Made by a program: the position numbers and the translations under genes
In this document: one piece after another, positions 62,200-64,000 of the stretch
How positions within the stretch are numbered: position 1 is the stretch's first letter
Layout: every line of letters starts with the position of its first letter
Origin: an uncultured cyanobacterium
GTDB lineage: Bacteria > Cyanobacteriota > Cyanobacteriia > Cyanobacteriales > Cyanobacteriaceae
DNA: 64,000 nucleotides
Direction of reading: 5' to 3'
Assembly: GCA_963749915.1 (NCBI GenBank)
Contig: CAVVOP010000008.1
Span: 320,001-384,000 of the forward strand
The notes under the pieces: model-generated
What the model was told of the DNA's origin: nothing
Database searches by the model: none
The model's input: only the letters and a program-made list of their open reading frames with translations

Positions 62200-62628
62200 T
62201 TGAGAGGGAGGAACACCTTTAAGCTGGAGCGGATGGAAATGGAATATGTTTATTTTTTAAGTAATGCTAGTCTTATACTTAGAGTCATCAGTTATTTTGA
62301 GACCATGACTTTTTTGGAATCTGCGTCCCTGACAGTCATTCATCAGATTAATGGTTGGGTGATCAGAATTAAAACCCCCATGGTTTTATTATCTCAAGAA
62401 GACGGTAATATCAAAGCATTTTTGTCAGAGTTAGGCAGACAATACAATCCCAGTGTCCGTTTAGATATGCTATTCCGGAGTCTGGATATAGGGGATTCTC
62501 CCGTAAAAGTAATGCGCGATTATCGAGTGGCGATCGTTTCTCATGGTAAACCTGACTTAAATAGAATTGAGATTTTTCGTCAAGAGTTTAGTCGTGGTTT
62601 AGGATACCAACCAGAAACTTTAGCTTAA
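62200..62628 (+). CDS. conserved hypothetical protein
   Basis: MEY.YFL.NASL..RV, TVIHQINGW, YGVAIVSHG-like motif, GLGY.PETLA; start probably at MEMEY. Confidence 0.7.
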   Translation: MRGRNTFKLERMEMEYVYFLSNASLILRVISYFETMTFLESASLTVIHQINGWVIRIKTPMVLLSQEDGNIKAFLSELGRQYNPSVRLDMLFRSLDIGDSPVKVMRDYRVAIVSHGKPDLNRIEIFRQEFSRGLGYQPETLA

Positions 62629-62695
62629 CGTTGCGGTAAGATTAATATGATTAAGAGTAAGTTAACACCGAACTCATGTTAATTGTTTTGCCATT

Positions 62696-64000
62696 GTGAA
62701 AAATATTAATCTCCATCCTGATACGATCTCCGAAGTTAAAGAAAGAGTTGATTTAGTAGAGGTGGTGTCCGATTATGTAGTAATGCAAAGAAAAGGGCGA
62801 GATTTTGTTGGTTTATGTCCATTTCATGACGAAAAAAGCCCTAGTTTCACAGTAAGCCCAAGTAAGCAAGTATATTATTGTTTTGGTTGTGGTGCTGGAG
62901 GTGGTGCGATTAAGTTTTTGATGGAAATCGGGAAACAGTCTTTTCGGGATGTTATTTTTGATTTAGCCCAACGTTATCAAATACCTATTAAAACTCTAGC
63001 CTCAGAAGATCAAGAAGAAATACAAAAACAAATTTCTTTAAGAGACCAACTTTATGAAATTTTAGCTGTCGCCACTAATTTTTATCAACATAGTTTAAAG
63101 CAACAAGAAGGAGAAAAAGCTTTAAAATACCTTGAAAATCAGCGTAATTTATCTAAGGAGAATATTGAAAAATTTAAACTAGGTTATGCACCTAACTCAT
63201 GGGAAACTTTATATCATTATTTAGTGGAAATTAAGCATTATTCTGTGATGTTAGTTGAACAGACAGGATTAATCAAAAAAAGATCTAAAGGTGAGGGTTA
63301 TATCGATTATTTTCGAGATCGTTTAATGATTCCTATTCAGGATTATCAAGGACGAATAATTGCCTTTGGGGCGAGAAGTTTAGATGATGGTGAGCCTAAA
63401 TATTTAAACTCTCCTGATACAGATTTATTTTCTAAAAGTAAAACTCTATTTGCCTTAAATTTTGCTCAAAAAAGTATTGTTAAACAAGATAAAGTGATTG
63501 TAGTTGAGGGATATTTTGACGCCATAACCCTTCATACTTATGGGATAAACAATGTGGTGGCGGTTTTAGGCACAGCATTAACAGAACATCACGTAAAATT
63601 ACTTTCTCGTTATACAGAATCAAAAGAAATCATCGTTAACTTTGATGCGGATAATGCTGGTTTAAAAGCAACTCAAAGAGTAATAAAAGAAGTAGAAAAT
63701 TTAGTTTATAGCGGACAATTAAAACTAAAAATATTAACTATTCCTAATGGAAAAGATGCCGATGAATTTCTTAAATCTGGTGAAGGAGGAGAAAATGAAT
63801 ATCAAGAATTAATTAGTAAATCGCCTTTATGGTTAGATTGGCAAATTGAGCAAATTATTAACGGTAAAAGCCTACAAAATAGTGCTAATTACGAGGTGGC
63901 TTTTCAAACTTTGGTAAAATTATTAAAGAAAATTACGAACAATGCTACCAAAGATTATTATTTATCTTATTGCACAGAAATTTTAAGCAGTAAAAGAAGT
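62696..64000 (+). CDS. dnaG: DNA primase (runs off the window end)
   Basis: GTG start; GLCPFHDEKSPSF..YYCFGCG zinc ribbon, FRDRLMIPI, KYLNSP, VVEGYFD, VNFDAD; open to 64000. Confidence 0.95.
   Translation, partial: MKNINLHPDTISEVKERVDLVEVVSDYVVMQRKGRDFVGLCPFHDEKSPSFTVSPSKQVYYCFGCGAGGGAIKFLMEIGKQSFRDVIFDLAQRYQIPIKTLASEDQEEIQKQISLRDQLYEILAVATNFYQHSLKQQEGEKALKYLENQRNLSKENIEKFKLGYAPNSWETLYHYLVEIKHYSVMLVEQTGLIKKRSKGEGYIDYFRDRLMIPIQDYQGRIIAFGARSLDDGEPKYLNSPDTDLFSKSKTLFALNFAQKSIVKQDKVIVVEGYFDAITLHTYGINNVVAVLGTALTEHHVKLLSRYTESKEIIVNFDADNAGLKATQRVIKEVENLVYSGQLKLKILTIPNGKDADEFLKSGEGGENEYQELISKSPLWLDWQIEQIINGKSLQNSANYEVAFQTLVKLLKKITNNATKDYYLSYCTEILSSKRS

Overview
AT-rich cyanobacterial chromosome segment. 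The assignment rests on HIP1 GCGATCGC octamers, a cyanobacterial 6S RNA, ndhD2/ndhD4/ndhF4, cpcS and heptamer tandem repeats; a Geminocystis/Cyanobacterium-like host is only a guess. Positions 1-44.7 kb and 57.1-64 kb are mostly housekeeping genes (rimI, slt, cofG, NDH-2, rsmE, msrB, leuB, fabZ, lpxA, pheT, 2-oxoglutarate decarboxylase, leuA, speD, moeB, menG, ddl, pilT, dnaG) interspersed with MITEs and IS remnants. The notable part is a ~12.3-kb island (44.75-57.13 kb) bounded by an imperfect direct repeat of the 5' end of menG/ubiE. Its + strand backbone encodes two paralogous FGE-sulfatase/C-type-lectin-fold proteins whose 3' ends carry the mutation signature of a diversity-generating retroelement (DGR), a truncated Avd, a Ycf46-like AAA+ ATPase, DUF1257 and DUF2997 proteins, a membrane-anchored GrpE-like protein and an atypical Hsp70. 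No template repeat or reverse transcriptase is present in the window. The ATPase begins with a 10-aa peptide (KQPGKYDAVI) identical to that of DGR target 1 and one residue different from target 2, encoded by different synonymous codons. The island also contains TA, XisH/XisI and Rpn debris, a four-helix-bundle cassette in inverted heptamer arrays, and a 97-nt stretch with no T on + (no A on -) between perfect 79-bp direct repeats. All family assignments come from motif recognition, not database searches.
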